Assembly: GCA_036275255.1 (NCBI GenBank)
Contig: DASUEC010000030.1
Coordinates: forward strand, 1 to 33,366
DNA: 33,366 nt
Direction: 5' to 3'
Source: Limnobacter sp.
Lineage (GTDB): Bacteria; Pseudomonadota; Gammaproteobacteria; Burkholderiales; Burkholderiaceae_B
The translations under genes were made by a program, and so were the position numbers. Of the stretch, positions 16,476-26,953 are shown in pieces (within the stretch, counting starts at the first letter, position 1; each line of letters begins with the position of its first letter). Below the pieces are notes generated by a model. The model saw only the letters and a list, made by a program, of their open reading frames with translations, was not told the DNA's origin and did no database searches.

Positions 16476-17159
16476 ATGAAAAACGACAAGGGCTTGACTG
16501 GTAGACAACCAACACCCCGAGACATCGGCGGCCAGGTGCAGGAAAGTGCGCGCACAGTCAGCCTCCAGCCCATGTTTGTGACGAACCGGACAACCATCGA
16601 CGAGATTGATAATCATTTAGCCAGTGCAGAAACTCGCATTGTTGTCGTGACCATTGAACGCAACAACAACCATGGCGAACACGTGGTGCGCCACATCGGC
16701 GAACACTACGCGGATGTGCGCGTTGTTCTGGTGTGCGAAGGCACAGCCCAAGACATCCTTGCCATGGCCTTCAAGCCTGGGGTTTGGGCCTGTGTGGGTC
16801 GGCAATCCTCGGTGGAAACTCTTCGCGAGGCAATCGACACCGTTGCGACGGGTGTGCGTTTCGTTGCGCCTGAACTGGTGAATACCAAGCCCGCTCCACA
16901 AGCGCCACAGGAACGCCAAGAACGCCCCAGCCACGTGTACGAATTGCAGGATGCGGAAGATTCCGCACAGCTAACCCGCCGGGAGCGCCAGGTGTTGACC
17001 TTGATCGCCCAAGGCAGACCACGCCGGGAAATAGCCGAGCTTCTGAAAGTGTCGCCGAGGACCATTGATGCCTATCGCGCCCGACTGCTCCAAAAGCTTA
17101 ACCTGGACTCCAGTGTTCAACTTGTGAAATACGCCATCTCGGCAGGCATGGCCAACTGA
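16476..17159 (+). CDS. NarL/FixJ-type LuxR-HTH regulator with a degenerate receiver domain
   Basis: LTRRERQVLTLIAQG...EIAELLKVSPRTIDAYRARLLQKL HTH; receiver-like LREAIDTVATG..FVAP. Start ATG 16476 or 16428. Confidence 0.9.
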   Translation: MKNDKGLTGRQPTPRDIGGQVQESARTVSLQPMFVTNRTTIDEIDNHLASAETRIVVVTIERNNNHGEHVVRHIGEHYADVRVVLVCEGTAQDILAMAFKPGVWACVGRQSSVETLREAIDTVATGVRFVAPELVNTKPAPQAPQERQERPSHVYELQDAEDSAQLTRRERQVLTLIAQGRPRREIAELLKVSPRTIDAYRARLLQKLNLDSSVQLVKYAISAGMAN

Positions 17160-17188
17160 CGCTGGCCTGCAATCAGAAACACCCTTCG

Positions 17189-17217
17189 CCCCCGCAGCCC
17201 TGCGGGGGTTTTTGTTT
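17189..17217 (+). terminator. Intrinsic terminator after the LuxR gene
   Basis: CCCCCGCA-gccc-TGCGGGGG followed by TTTTTGTTT. Confidence 0.88.
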
Positions 17218-17262
17218 GGGGCGTAGAATATTGCACATTTCCTTGTTTGACCGATTGATGCA

Positions 17263-17967
17263 ATGAATAAAAAAGCCTTGGTCCTGTTCTCCGGCGGACA
17301 AGACAGCACTGTTTGCCTGGCTTGGGCACTACAGCACTTTGACCATGTGGAGACCATTGGCTTTGACTATGGTCAACGCCATCGCATTGAACTTGAATGC
17401 CGTCTGGAAGTATTGAGTCAATTCAGAGACAGGTTCGCCGTGTGGTCAAAAAAACTGGGCGAAGACAAAGTGATTGATTTGGGCTGGCTCGGCCAGATTT
17501 CAGACTGTGCCCTCACCGAGGAGCGCAAAATTGAACTCAATGGGAGCGGCCTACCCAACACTTTCGTACCGGGGCGAAACCTGGTCTTTTTTCTCATTGC
17601 GTCGGCCGTGGCCTACCGTCGAGGGCTGGGCACCCTGGTGGCCGGCATGTGCCAAACGGACTTTTCTGGTTACCCGGATTGTCGCGAGGACACCCTGAAG
17701 GCATTGCAAGTGGCGACCAATCTTGGCATGGCCAGCAGCTTTCGCTTTGAAACGCCGCTCATGTGGATCGATAAATCAGAGACTTTTACGCTTGGGCATC
17801 GGCTTGGAGGCCAAATCCTGATTGATATTTTGGTAGAGAACACGCACACCTGCTACACCGGGGACCGTTCAACCCGGCACGCGTGGGGATACGGATGCGG
17901 ACAGTGCCCAGCGTGCGAATTGCGAAAAAACGGTTGGGAAAAGTATATTTCTTCGCACAATCAATAG
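17263..17967 (+). CDS. queC: 7-cyano-7-deazaguanine synthase
   Basis: [37 protein letters not shown]...[11 protein letters not shown]. Confidence 0.96.
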   Translation: MNKKALVLFSGGQDSTVCLAWALQHFDHVETIGFDYGQRHRIELECRLEVLSQFRDRFAVWSKKLGEDKVIDLGWLGQISDCALTEERKIELNGSGLPNTFVPGRNLVFFLIASAVAYRRGLGTLVAGMCQTDFSGYPDCREDTLKALQVATNLGMASSFRFETPLMWIDKSETFTLGHRLGGQILIDILVENTHTCYTGDRSTRHAWGYGCGQCPACELRKNGWEKYISSHNQ

Positions 17968-18069
17968 CTTGCGACAAATGTCAGCGAGCCTGCCGAAACC
18001 CGCGCCAGGCTTGTGTTTGCACATTATTTAGGCAAATCAAAAATAAACAATAAAATCCCCCAAAACTGT

Positions 18070-18097
18070 TTGACACAAAAATTTTTCTTGCTATAAT
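18070..18097 (+). promoter_or_regulatory. sigma70 promoter of the tRNA operon
   Basis: Perfect TTGACA-N16-TATAAT with an A-rich UP-like region upstream. Confidence 0.9.
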
Positions 18098-18132
18098 TTC
18101 GTTCTCTCAGCAAACGCAAGTTACTGAGAAAC

Positions 18133-18208
18133 GCGGGAATAGCTCAGTTGGTAGAGCGCAACCTTGCCAAGGTTGAGGTCGCGAGTTCGAGCCTCGTTTC
18201 CCGCTCCA
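18133..18208 (+). tRNA. tRNA-Gly(GCC)
   Basis: GCGGGAA acceptor stem, anticodon arm CAACC-TTGCCAA-GGTTG, GTTCGA, CCA end; 76 nt. Confidence 0.98.
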
Positions 18209-18213
18209 AACTC

Positions 18214-18242
18214 AAAAGGGGAAGTGATACACTTCCCCTTTT
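18214..18242. other. 13-bp perfect hairpin in the Gly-Cys tRNA spacer (terminator-like or processing structure)
   Basis: AAAAGGGGAAGTG-ata-CACTTCCCCTTTT. Confidence 0.7.
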
Positions 18243-18278
18243 CCTTGTCTGCAGTGCCTACCTAGGGGCACAACCCTT

Positions 18279-18352
18279 GGCGGGGTGGCAGAGTGGTCAT
18301 GCAGCGGACTGCAACTCCGTGTACGCCGGTTCGATTCCGACCCCCGCCTCCA
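18279..18352 (+). tRNA. tRNA-Cys(GCA)
   Basis: GGCGGGG acceptor stem, anticodon loop CTGCAAC, GGTTCGATTCC, CCA end; 74 nt. Confidence 0.97.
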
Positions 18353-18367
18353 GATTGCCTGCCATCA

Positions 18368-18460
18368 GCCCGGGTGGTGAAATTGGTAGACACAACGGAC
18401 TTAAAATCCGTCGCTTACCGTAAAAGGGGCGTACCGGTTCGATTCCGGTCCCGGGCACCA
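18368..18460 (+). tRNA. tRNA-Leu(TAA)
   Basis: GCCCGGG acceptor stem, ACGGA-CTTAAAA-TCCGT anticodon arm, long variable arm, CCA end; 93 nt; classic Gly-Cys-Leu order. Confidence 0.96.
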
Positions 18461-18521
18461 ACCGAACTCACGTTGATCCAGACCAAACGCCAGTACAATA
18501 GCGTTTCGCTTTAATTTCCTG

Positions 18522-20621
18522 ATGCTCAACACCGTGACACGCCGCATTCTTGTTACCTCTGCCCTGCCCTACGCCAATGGCGCCATCCACCTCGGTCACC
18601 TAGTGGAATACATTCAAACCGACATTTGGGTTCGCTTCCAGAAAATGCAGGGGCATGAGGTGTACTACGTGTGTGCCGACGACACCCACGGCACCCCGGT
18701 CATGCTGCGCGCGCAAGCCGAAGGCATCAGCCCCGAGCAATTGATTGAACGCGTCAGCATCGAACACCAACGCGACTTCGCCAGCTTTCATGTGGGTTTT
18801 GACAATTACTACTCCACCAACGCGCCCGAAAACAAAGCCCATTGCGAGACCATTTACACCAGGCTACGGGACGCCGGGCTGATACAAACCCGGTCTGTCG
18901 AGCAGTTTTACGACCCGGTCAAGGAAATGTTTTTGCCCGACCGCTTCATCAAAGGGGAATGCCCCAAATGCGGTGCCAAAGACCAATACGGCGATTCTTG
19001 CGAGGTGTGCGGCGCCACCTACCAACCCACTGAATTGAAAAACGCCTACTCAACCGTGTCCGGCGCAGCACCGGTGCGCAAAAGCTCCGAGCATTATTTC
19101 TTCAAGCTGTCCGATCCGCGTTGTGAAAACTTCCTGCGCCAATGGACCCAAAGCGAGGGGCGCCTGCAAATAGAAGCCAGCCGCAAAATGCATGAGTGGC
19201 TCGGCGAAGAAGGCAGCGGCAAGCTGGCCGACTGGGACATTTCACGCGATGCGCCCTACTTCGGCTTTGAGATTCCCGACGCACCCGGCAAATACTTTTA
19301 TGTGTGGCTAGATGCCCCCGTGGGGTACTTCGCCAGCTTCCAGAACCTGTGCGAACGGATTGGTGTCGATTATCAAGAGTTCCTCCGAAAAGGCACAGAC
19401 ACCGAACTGATTCATTTTATCGGCAAAGACATTCTTTACTTCCACGCCCTTTTCTGGCCTGCAATGCTCGACTTTGCAGGCTTTCGAACGCCGACCAAGG
19501 TGAATGCGCACGGCTTTCTAACGGTGGATGGCGCCAAAATGAGCAAAAGCCGCGGCACCTTCATCACGGCGGAGAGCTTTGTAAAACAAGGCCTGAACCC
19601 CGAGTGGCTTCGCTACTACTTTGCAGCCAAGCTCAATGCCACCATGGAAGACCTGGACTTGAGCTTTGCAGATTTCACTGCGAGGGTGAACAGCGACTTG
19701 GTCGGAAAATACATCAACATTGCCAGCCGCAGCGCGGGTTTTTTGATCAAACGGTTTGATGGAAAGCTGACGCATGCCCGAAACGCGGAGGGTGCCGTTC
19801 TGGAGAATGAAATCCGTGACGCCTCCGTTTCAATCGCTGCCCACTATGATGAACGCGAGTATGGCAAGGCCATTCGCCTGATCATGCAATTGACCGACCG
19901 GGTCAATGAATATGTGGACAAGAACAAGCCATGGGAACTTGCAAAGGACTCCACCAGAGACCCAGAGCTTCAACAGGTTTGCTCAACGCTGATCCGGAGT
20001 TTTGCTGAAATCACCAGATACCTCGCCCCGGTTTTGCCGGTTACCGCCAAAGCCGTGGCAAGTTTTCTCGGGCTTGAAGATCAAGCGCTGCATCGGTGGG
20101 ATCTGCCTCTGCCCATCGAAAAGATCATTGAATTCAAACACCTCATGCAACGCGTCGATCAAAAGCAAATTGATGCACTGATTGAAGCCAACAAACAGTC
20201 GCTTGCGCCAAGTGTGCCAGTGGCCGCAAGGGCGGCCGATGCAAAACAAACCAAAGATGCCGGGGCTGCGTCTGCAAGCAACGGGCCAGAATTCATCGGC
20301 ATTGAAGATTTCACCAAAGTGGACCTTCGAATCGGCCTGGTGAAAGACTGCAAAGCGGTGGAGGGTTCAACCAAGCTGCTTCAGCTCACGGTCGATCTTG
20401 GTGAAGAAAGTCCACGCAATATCTTCTCCGGCATTGCTGCCCACTACGCACCTGAACAACTCACCGGGCAATATGTGGTGGTGGTGGCCAACCTGGCACC
20501 GCGCAAGATGAAGTTTGGTGTTTCACAGGGCATGGTGCTGTGTGCTGCAAGCGAAGACGACGCCGTGCTCAGCACGCTCTCTGCTGCAGGCGCACTGACG
20601 CCGGGCATGAAGATCAGCTAG
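18522..20621 (+). CDS. metG: Methionine--tRNA ligase
   Basis: [15 protein letters not shown], zinc knuckle CPKC/CEVC, KMSKS, C-terminal tRNA-binding domain. Confidence 0.98.
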   Translation: MLNTVTRRILVTSALPYANGAIHLGHLVEYIQTDIWVRFQKMQGHEVYYVCADDTHGTPVMLRAQAEGISPEQLIERVSIEHQRDFASFHVGFDNYYSTNAPENKAHCETIYTRLRDAGLIQTRSVEQFYDPVKEMFLPDRFIKGECPKCGAKDQYGDSCEVCGATYQPTELKNAYSTVSGAAPVRKSSEHYFFKLSDPRCENFLRQWTQSEGRLQIEASRKMHEWLGEEGSGKLADWDISRDAPYFGFEIPDAPGKYFYVWLDAPVGYFASFQNLCERIGVDYQEFLRKGTDTELIHFIGKDILYFHALFWPAMLDFAGFRTPTKVNAHGFLTVDGAKMSKSRGTFITAESFVKQGLNPEWLRYYFAAKLNATMEDLDLSFADFTARVNSDLVGKYINIASRSAGFLIKRFDGKLTHARNAEGAVLENEIRDASVSIAAHYDEREYGKAIRLIMQLTDRVNEYVDKNKPWELAKDSTRDPELQQVCSTLIRSFAEITRYLAPVLPVTAKAVASFLGLEDQALHRWDLPLPIEKIIEFKHLMQRVDQKQIDALIEANKQSLAPSVPVAARAADAKQTKDAGAASASNGPEFIGIEDFTKVDLRIGLVKDCKAVEGSTKLLQLTVDLGEESPRNIFSGIAAHYAPEQLTGQYVVVVANLAPRKMKFGVSQGMVLCAASEDDAVLSTLSAAGALTPGMKIS

Positions 20622-20681
20622 CGGCTGACAGCCCAAACGCTGGTAAAATATTGTTTATTCAACTTAATTTGCATCTACGCC

Positions 20682-20879
20682 ATGTCTCACTACGAATCTG
20701 AAGCAACACAGTTTTTAAGCCAGCTCAAACAAGAGCGCCCTCACTTGGAGGCAGAACAACAAAAAGGGCGCGCCTTGCTTTGGGACAAACAACTCGACCG
20801 CCAGTTGCAAGAAGGCTTCAAACAAGCCAAGGTGGCACAAAAGCCCTACGTGTATCAGAGCGGCGATGGCCAGCAATAA
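20682..20879 (+). CDS. DUF3460-like small protein
   Basis: YESEATQFL..LK...P.LE..Q..GRALLWDK...V.QKPYVYQ; typical neighbour of scpA in Betaproteobacteria. Confidence 0.85.
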   Translation: MSHYESEATQFLSQLKQERPHLEAEQQKGRALLWDKQLDRQLQEGFKQAKVAQKPYVYQSGDGQQ

Positions 20880-20903
20880 CACAACCGTGCCAAGGCACCT
20901 CAC

Positions 20904-21761
20904 TTGAGCACCAGCCTCAGCGACGTTCAACACAGCGACCAAACGGACAGCACCCCCAACGTGGTGGACGGCTTGGCATTGGCTCGCCTCTATGGCGAAC
21001 CACTGTTCAATGTGCCCAAAGACCTCTACATTCCACCCGATGCGCTGGAGGTTTTTCTGGAGGCGTTCGAGGGGCCGCTTGACCTCTTGCTCTACCTCAT
21101 TCGCAAGCAAAACTTCAACATTCTCGACATCCCCATGGCCGAGCTCACACGCCAGTACCTGAGCTACGTGGATGAAATTCGCAGTCGCAATCTGGAGCTG
21201 GCGGCCGAGTACTTGTTGATGGCGGCCATGCTGATTGAAATCAAGTCAAGAATGTTGCTGCCGGTGATTCCAAAAGACGGCGAGCAAGAAACTGAGGACC
21301 CCCGTGCCGAACTGGCGCGCCGCCTCATCGAGTACGAGCAGATCAAACTGGCTGCACAGGAGCTGGACAAAATCCCCTTGCTGGGCAGGGATTTCTGGAT
21401 TGCCCACGCTTACCACGACCCAGCCACGGTAGAACGCTTTCCCGATGTGTCACCTCAAGAACTTCAAGAGGCGTGGGCGCAAATATTGCGGCGGGCATCT
21501 CTGGTAAAAGCCCACACCATCGCACGGGAAGAGTTGTCTGTGCGCGAGCACATGACCATGATTTTACGAAAACTTCAAACCCACAAGTTTGTGGAATTCT
21601 TCGACATGTTTGAAGTGGCACGCGGCGTGCCAGTGGTGGTGGTCAACTTCATTGCCATGCTGGAGCTGACTCGAGAGGGGCTTGTGAAGGTCACCCAGGC
21701 GGAGCCTTATGCGCCCATTTACGTGCGCCTGGGTTATGAGGCAAGCGAACCTGGCACTTAA
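20904..21761 (+). CDS. scpA: Segregation and condensation protein A
   Basis: [51 protein letters not shown]. Start uncertain (TTG). Confidence 0.93.
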   Translation: MSTSLSDVQHSDQTDSTPNVVDGLALARLYGEPLFNVPKDLYIPPDALEVFLEAFEGPLDLLLYLIRKQNFNILDIPMAELTRQYLSYVDEIRSRNLELAAEYLLMAAMLIEIKSRMLLPVIPKDGEQETEDPRAELARRLIEYEQIKLAAQELDKIPLLGRDFWIAHAYHDPATVERFPDVSPQELQEAWAQILRRASLVKAHTIAREELSVREHMTMILRKLQTHKFVEFFDMFEVARGVPVVVVNFIAMLELTREGLVKVTQAEPYAPIYVRLGYEASEPGT

Positions 21762-22891
21762 CCGAAAAAGTCCTTCACCTTGTCCATCCAGCTTTTGGCT
21801 CGGGGTGAATGCTTGTCGCCATCGGCCGTGCAAGAAGCCTCAAACTCTTTGAGCAGGTCTTTTTGACGGTCGGACAAGCGAACTGGCGTTTCCACCACAA
21901 TGTGACAGAACAAATCACCCGGGTACGAGGAGCGAACGCCCTTGATGCCCTTGCCACGAAGCCGGAAAGTTTTGCCGGTTTGGGTGCCCTCGGGAATCTC
22001 GAAGGAAGCCTTTCCACCCAAGGTGGGGACCTCGATGGTGCCACCCAAGGCTGCCGTGGCAAACGACACTGGCATTTCACAGTGAAGATCATCGCCATCG
22101 CGCTGAAACACGGCGTGTTCCTTGATGTGGACCTCCACATACAAATCACCCGCCGGCCCACCGTTAACGCCCGGCTCGCCCTTGCCACTCAAGCGGATGC
22201 GCATGCCATCGTCGATCCCGGCAGGCACTTTGACTTCCAGGGTTTTGTTGGTTTTCTTGCGCCCCAAACCTTCGCAGTCGTGGCATGGGTGAGCAATCAT
22301 CTTGCCGGTGCCATGGCACTTGGGGCAGGTTTGCTGGACACTAAAAAATCCCTGGGTCATGCGCACCGCACCAGAGCCACCACAGGTGGAGCAGGTTTCG
22401 GGCTTGGTGCCAGGCTTTGCACCACTGCCGGCGCAAGTGCCACAGTTGTCCCACACGGGCACGCGGATTTGGGTGTCAAAGCCCTTGGCCGCCTGCTCCA
22501 GCGTAATCTCCATGTTGTATTTGAGGTCTGCGCCCCTGTACACATTGGACTGGCGACCGCCACCGCCCGCACGGCCGCCAAAGATATCACCAAATATGTC
22601 ACCAAACGCATCGGAAAAATCAGCAAAGCCACCAGCACCGCCGCGCGCACCACCCCCCATGTTGGGATCCACGCCGGCATGGCCATAGCGGTCGTACGCT
22701 GACCGCTTCTGCGGGTCGGTCAGCATTTCGTAGGCCTCTTTGGCCTCTTTGAATTTGGCCTCAGCGTCCGCGTTGCCAGGGTTTCGATCCGGGTGATACT
22801 TCATCGCCATCTTGCGATAAGCCTTCTTCAGCTCATCGTCAGTGGCATTTTTTTGTACGCCCAAAATCTCGTAAAAATCCCGTTTTGCCAT
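21758..22891 (-). CDS. dnaJ: Chaperone DnaJ
   Basis: J domain with HPD, G/F region, four CxxCxGxG repeats. Confidence 0.98.
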   Translation of the reverse strand: MAKRDFYEILGVQKNATDDELKKAYRKMAMKYHPDRNPGNADAEAKFKEAKEAYEMLTDPQKRSAYDRYGHAGVDPNMGGGARGGAGGFADFSDAFGDIFGDIFGGRAGGGGRQSNVYRGADLKYNMEITLEQAAKGFDTQIRVPVWDNCGTCAGSGAKPGTKPETCSTCGGSGAVRMTQGFFSVQQTCPKCHGTGKMIAHPCHDCEGLGRKKTNKTLEVKVPAGIDDGMRIRLSGKGEPGVNGGPAGDLYVEVHIKEHAVFQRDGDDLHCEMPVSFATAALGGTIEVPTLGGKASFEIPEGTQTGKTFRLRGKGIKGVRSSYPGDLFCHIVVETPVRLSDRQKDLLKEFEASCTADGDKHSPRAKSWMDKVKDFFG

Positions 22892-23014
22892 GTTCTTCTC
22901 TATGCAAAAAGGGCGAAAGCCACACCATGTGCCTCAACGCCCCTGCTGGTGGGCATGCGCGCCTGTGGGATGTGCTCTCACGGGCAGCGCATGCACGTTT
23001 GCCTCAACAACTGA

Positions 23015-24964
23015 TCACTTGTCTTTGACTTCCTTGAAATCGGCGTCTACAACATCGTCCGCATCGGCTTTGCTGCTGCTTTGCTCTGTGCCAGCGCCCT
23101 GGGCAGCGCCTTCTGCAGCACCCGCTGCGGCTTGCTGGGCCTGCATGTCAGCGTACATTTTTTCACCCAGCTTTTGAGCAGCCTCTGCCAATTCCTTGGT
23201 TTTGGTGTCGATGGTGTCTTTGTTGTCGCCCTTGGCTGCCTCTTCCAAAGCTTTGCATGCCGCCTCAATCTTTTCCTTTTCACCAGCATCGAGCTTGTCG
23301 CCATACTCGCCCAAACTCTTGCGTGTGCTGTGCACCAGCGCGTCGGCCTGGTTCTTGGCGTCGGCCAGGTCCCGGCGCTTGGCGTCCTCGGCCGCATTGG
23401 CCTCAGCGTCTTTCACCATCTTCTGGATCTCTTCTTCGCTCAAACCAGAATTGGCCTTGATGACGATCTTGTTTTCTTTGCCGGTGCCCTTGTCTTTGGC
23501 CGACACGTGCAAGATCCCGTTGGCGTCAATGTCGAAGGTCACTTCAATTTGAGGCACACCACGTGGCGCGGGTGGAATGCCTTCCAAATTGAATTCACCC
23601 AGGCTCTTGTTGTCGTTGGCCATTTTGCGCTCGCCCTGAAATACCTTGATGGTCACAGCGGGCTGGTTGTCATCGGCGGTAGAAAACACCTGGCTGAACT
23701 TGGTGGGAATGGTGGTGTTCTTGGAGATCATGGTGGTCATCACGCCGCCCATGGTCTCAATCCCCAAAGACAGCGGAGTCACGTCCAGCAACAGCACGTC
23801 TTTGCGATCGCCGCTCAACACCGATCCCTGAATGGCAGCACCAGCAGCAACGGCTTCGTCGGGGTTTACGTCCTTGCGGGGCTCCTTGCCAAAGAAATTC
23901 TTCACCGCCTCCTGCACCTTGGGCATGCGGGTCATGCCACCCACAAGAATGACGTCATCAATTTGCGAGGCCGACAAACCAGCGTCTTTCAATGCGATCT
24001 TGCACGGCTCAATGGTGCGGGCGATCAGATCTTCAACCAAACCCTCCAGCTTGGCACGGCTCAACTTGGTCGTGAGGTGCACCGGAGCACCGTTGGCCAT
24101 CGCAATGTAAGGCTCGTTGATTTCGGTCTGCTGGGAAGAAGAAAGCTCAATCTTGGCGCGCTCTGCCGCCGCCTTGATGCGCTGCAACGCAATGGGGTCC
24201 TTGGAGAGGTCCACGCCATTGTTCTTTTTGAATTCGTCAATAATGTGGTCGATGATGCGCTGGTCGAAGTCCTCGCCACCCAGGAAGGTGTCGCCATTGG
24301 TTGACAGCACTTCAAACTGCTTCTCGCCATCAATGTCTGCGATTTCGATGATGGACACGTCAAAAGTACCGCCACCCAGGTCATACACAGCAATTTTGCG
24401 ATCGCCTTTTTCAGCTTTGTCCATGCCAAAAGCCAAGGCAGCGGCTGTGGGCTCGTTGATGATGCGCTTTACATCCAGACCTGCAATGCGGCCTGCATCT
24501 TTGGTGGCCTGGCGCTGGCTGTCGTTGAAGTAAGCAGGCACGGTGATCACCGCTTCGGTCACTTCTTCGCCAAGGTAGTCTTCGGCGGTTTTCTTCATTT
24601 TGCGCAGCACTTCGGCAGACACTTGAGGAGGCGCCAGCTTCTGATCGCGCACTTTCACCCAAGCGTCACCGTTGTCCGCCTTCAGGATTTCATAAGGCAT
24701 CAGGTCGATGTCCTTCTGAACCTCAGCATCTTCATATTTGCGGCCAATCAGACGCTTCACGGCATACAGGGTGTTTTTGGGATTGGTCACCGCCTGACGC
24801 TTGGCGGGCGCGCCCACCAAAATTTCACCGTCTTCCATGTATGCAATGATGGAGGGGGTTGTGCGGGCACCTTCGGAGTTTTCGATGACCTTGTAACCAC
24901 CGGCCTCAAACACTGCAACGCAGGAATTGGTGGTGCCCAAATCGATGCCAATAATCTTTCCCAT
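23015..24964 (-). CDS. dnaK: Chaperone DnaK
   Basis: [28 protein letters not shown]-terminal [10 protein letters not shown]. Confidence 0.99.
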   Translation of the reverse strand: MGKIIGIDLGTTNSCVAVFEAGGYKVIENSEGARTTPSIIAYMEDGEILVGAPAKRQAVTNPKNTLYAVKRLIGRKYEDAEVQKDIDLMPYEILKADNGDAWVKVRDQKLAPPQVSAEVLRKMKKTAEDYLGEEVTEAVITVPAYFNDSQRQATKDAGRIAGLDVKRIINEPTAAALAFGMDKAEKGDRKIAVYDLGGGTFDVSIIEIADIDGEKQFEVLSTNGDTFLGGEDFDQRIIDHIIDEFKKNNGVDLSKDPIALQRIKAAAERAKIELSSSQQTEINEPYIAMANGAPVHLTTKLSRAKLEGLVEDLIARTIEPCKIALKDAGLSASQIDDVILVGGMTRMPKVQEAVKNFFGKEPRKDVNPDEAVAAGAAIQGSVLSGDRKDVLLLDVTPLSLGIETMGGVMTTMISKNTTIPTKFSQVFSTADDNQPAVTIKVFQGERKMANDNKSLGEFNLEGIPPAPRGVPQIEVTFDIDANGILHVSAKDKGTGKENKIVIKANSGLSEEEIQKMVKDAEANAAEDAKRRDLADAKNQADALVHSTRKSLGEYGDKLDAGEKEKIEAACKALEEAAKGDNKDTIDTKTKELAEAAQKLGEKMYADMQAQQAAAGAAEGAAQGAGTEQSSSKADADDVVDADFKEVKDK

Positions 24965-25000
24965 GTATTTCTCCGTGAAATCTGAATTCTGTTAAGCCTG

Positions 25001-25028
25001 ATATGGGGTTAATCCCATGCAGTTCAAG
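25001..25028 (-). promoter_or_regulatory. sigma32 promoter of dnaK
   Basis: CTTGAA-N14-CCCCATAT, consensus match. Confidence 0.9.
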
Positions 25029-25043
25029 TGGTTTTTCAATCGT

Positions 25044-25652
25044 TTACTGGGCGACCGACACCAAGGCCGGACGCAATACCCGCTCATTGAGCAGGTAGCC
25101 TTTCTGCAGCACCGCCACCACATGGTTGGCAGGCACCGGCGGCTCCACCGAGTTGCCAGGCACCATCGCCACAGCCTGATGCGCCTTGGGATCGAATTTT
25201 TCGCCCACCGGGTTGAGCACCGCCACCTTGCCCCGCTCAAAAGCAGCTTCCAATTGCCGCAGTGTCGCAGACACGCCCTCTTTCAAGGTCTCCAGGGTCT
25301 GGTTTTCCAGGGCCAGCGCCATCTCAAGGCTGTCACGCACGGGCAGCAAGGCCTCAGCAAACCCTTCAATCGCATACTTGTGAGCTTTGGCAACGTCTTC
25401 CTGAGTGCGCCTGCGAAGGTTTTCCATGTCGGCAGCCAGTCGCAGGTACACTTCTTTGGCCTTGGCGACTTCATCTCGCGCAGCGTTCAATTCATCCTGC
25501 AATTGCTTCACAGGATCTGCCTGTGGCTCATCCACTTGCCCGGCGTCCTTGGCAGCGGCTTCTCGGGTAGCCTGCGCCTCTGGCATTTCTGGCGCCTGCT
25601 GCTCCGGCGAATTCACTTCGTCCGGATTGGGCTTTCCAGTGGGTTCCGACAT
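25044..25652 (-). CDS. grpE: Nucleotide exchange factor GrpE
   Basis: [50 protein letters not shown]; GGAGG Shine-Dalgarno before ATG 25652. Confidence 0.97.
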   Translation of the reverse strand: MSEPTGKPNPDEVNSPEQQAPEMPEAQATREAAAKDAGQVDEPQADPVKQLQDELNAARDEVAKAKEVYLRLAADMENLRRRTQEDVAKAHKYAIEGFAEALLPVRDSLEMALALENQTLETLKEGVSATLRQLEAAFERGKVAVLNPVGEKFDPKAHQAVAMVPGNSVEPPVPANHVVAVLQKGYLLNERVLRPALVSVAQ

Positions 25653-25670
25653 GTTTTTTCCTCCGACAAT

Positions 25671-25698
25671 AAAAAATCCCCGACACAATGCCGGGGAT
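25671..25698 (-). terminator. Terminator-like hairpin between hemH and grpE
   Basis: Minus strand ATCCCCGGCA-ttg-TGTCGGGGAT-TTTTT (10 bp with one G-U pair). Confidence 0.7.
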
Positions 25699-25724
25699 GT
25701 GGGGGCACTTCGCCCCGTTTCAAG
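25697..25724 (-). promoter_or_regulatory. sigma32 promoter of grpE
   Basis: CTTGAA-N14-CCCCACAT. Confidence 0.82.
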
Positions 25725-25768
25725 GGCAAATTGCAACATTGGTTGCCATTCTGCCCGGTTTTACGCAA

Positions 25769-26881
25769 TCAAGCTTCTTTCGCACCCATGGCCAGGGCAA
25801 GTTTCCTGCTTTCTGCCAGTTCATTGGCCATGCTTTCTTCATAGCCCATGTCAACCGGCCAGCCCTGCAAATGCTGGCCAGTGATCTCGGTCAACATGGC
25901 AGCGGCCAGGTCGCTGTCATTCAGGCATTCAATGTAGTGAAATTCACCACCGCCCGCATGCTGGAAATCCTCTCGACCCTCTTGATTGATTTCCTCCAGG
26001 GTTTCAAGGCAATCGGCCATAAAGCCAGGGCAGATTACATCAATCCGCTTGGTGCCTGCTTGTCCCAAGGCCATCAGCGTTTGGTCGGTGTAAGGCTCCA
26101 ACCATTTGGCCTTGCCAAACCGACTCTGGAAAGTAACCCGGTACTGGCCCTTTTTGAGCCCCAGCTCCTCCGCCAACAGGCGAGCGGTTTTCTGGCACTC
26201 GCAGTGATAGGGATCGCCTTTCATGAGCGTCATCTCGGGCACACCATGAAAGCTCATCAGCAACACATCTCCCTGCTCGAAGTTGGGTTTGCCCTTGGCA
26301 GCCCAGTGCCTACGAACACTTTCGGCCAGCGCGTGAATGTATGCGGGGTGATCGTGATAGTGCTTCACCAAGCGAAGCTCGGGCAAATTGCGCACGGGCC
26401 GAGCCCAATCAAACACGGCATCAAACACCGACGCTGTGGTTGCAGCAGCGTATTGTGGGTACAGCGGAAAAACCAAAACCCTGTCATAGCCCGCCGCCCG
26501 CAAGGCATCCATCCGTTGGGCCACCGACGGATTGCCGTAGCGCATGGCCAAATCCACACGCACATCCCAGCGACGAGCCTTGAAACCCTCACTCAATCGC
26601 GCCACCTGGCGCTTGCCGATGGCCAGCAACGGCGAACCATCGGGTGTCCAGACCGTGGCGTACTTGGCAGCCGACTTGCGGGGGCGTATCTGCAAAATGA
26701 TGCAGTTAAGAATAATCCACCAGACAAGCTTGGGAATCTCGACCACCCGGGGGTCTGACAAAAACTGTTTGAGGTAACGCCGAAGGGATGGCGTATCGGC
26801 TTGATCGGGCGTGCCTAGGTTTACCAGCAGCACCGCGGTTTTTTGTGGCGTGCCGTGGCGAAACGGGGCTTCTGTGCGCAT
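25769..26881 (-). CDS. hemH: Ferrochelatase
   Basis: VLLVNLGTPD, FLSDPRVVE, LYPQY, SFHGVP, FQSRFG...WLEPYT, DCLETLEE. Confidence 0.97.
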   Translation of the reverse strand: MRTEAPFRHGTPQKTAVLLVNLGTPDQADTPSLRRYLKQFLSDPRVVEIPKLVWWIILNCIILQIRPRKSAAKYATVWTPDGSPLLAIGKRQVARLSEGFKARRWDVRVDLAMRYGNPSVAQRMDALRAAGYDRVLVFPLYPQYAAATTASVFDAVFDWARPVRNLPELRLVKHYHDHPAYIHALAESVRRHWAAKGKPNFEQGDVLLMSFHGVPEMTLMKGDPYHCECQKTARLLAEELGLKKGQYRVTFQSRFGKAKWLEPYTDQTLMALGQAGTKRIDVICPGFMADCLETLEEINQEGREDFQHAGGGEFHYIECLNDSDLAAAMLTEITGQHLQGWPVDMGYEESMANELAESRKLALAMGAKEA

Positions 26882-26953
26882 GGGTACAACCTGAAAGACA
26901 AAGACCACAAAGTATAACCAGACTCTGGGTCAGGTGACGCCCCTTGGCCGGAT

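Noticed and set aside
7616-17159. The T1SS module as a mobile element
   Set aside because: No integrase, transposase or terminal repeats seen; mobility cannot be supported from this window.
18368-18521. tRNA-Leu as an occupied integration site
   Set aside because: metG follows within 61 nt; no integrase and no duplicated tRNA 3' end seen in the window.
23081-24304. 407-aa plus-strand ORF, and similar long ORFs at 9514-10626, 21809-22702, 25688-26758, 29060-29950 and 1618-2424
   Set aside because: Antisense shadows of well-supported genes (dnaK, tolC and the repeat gene, dnaJ, hemH, recN, ETF-QO) with no recognisable motifs.
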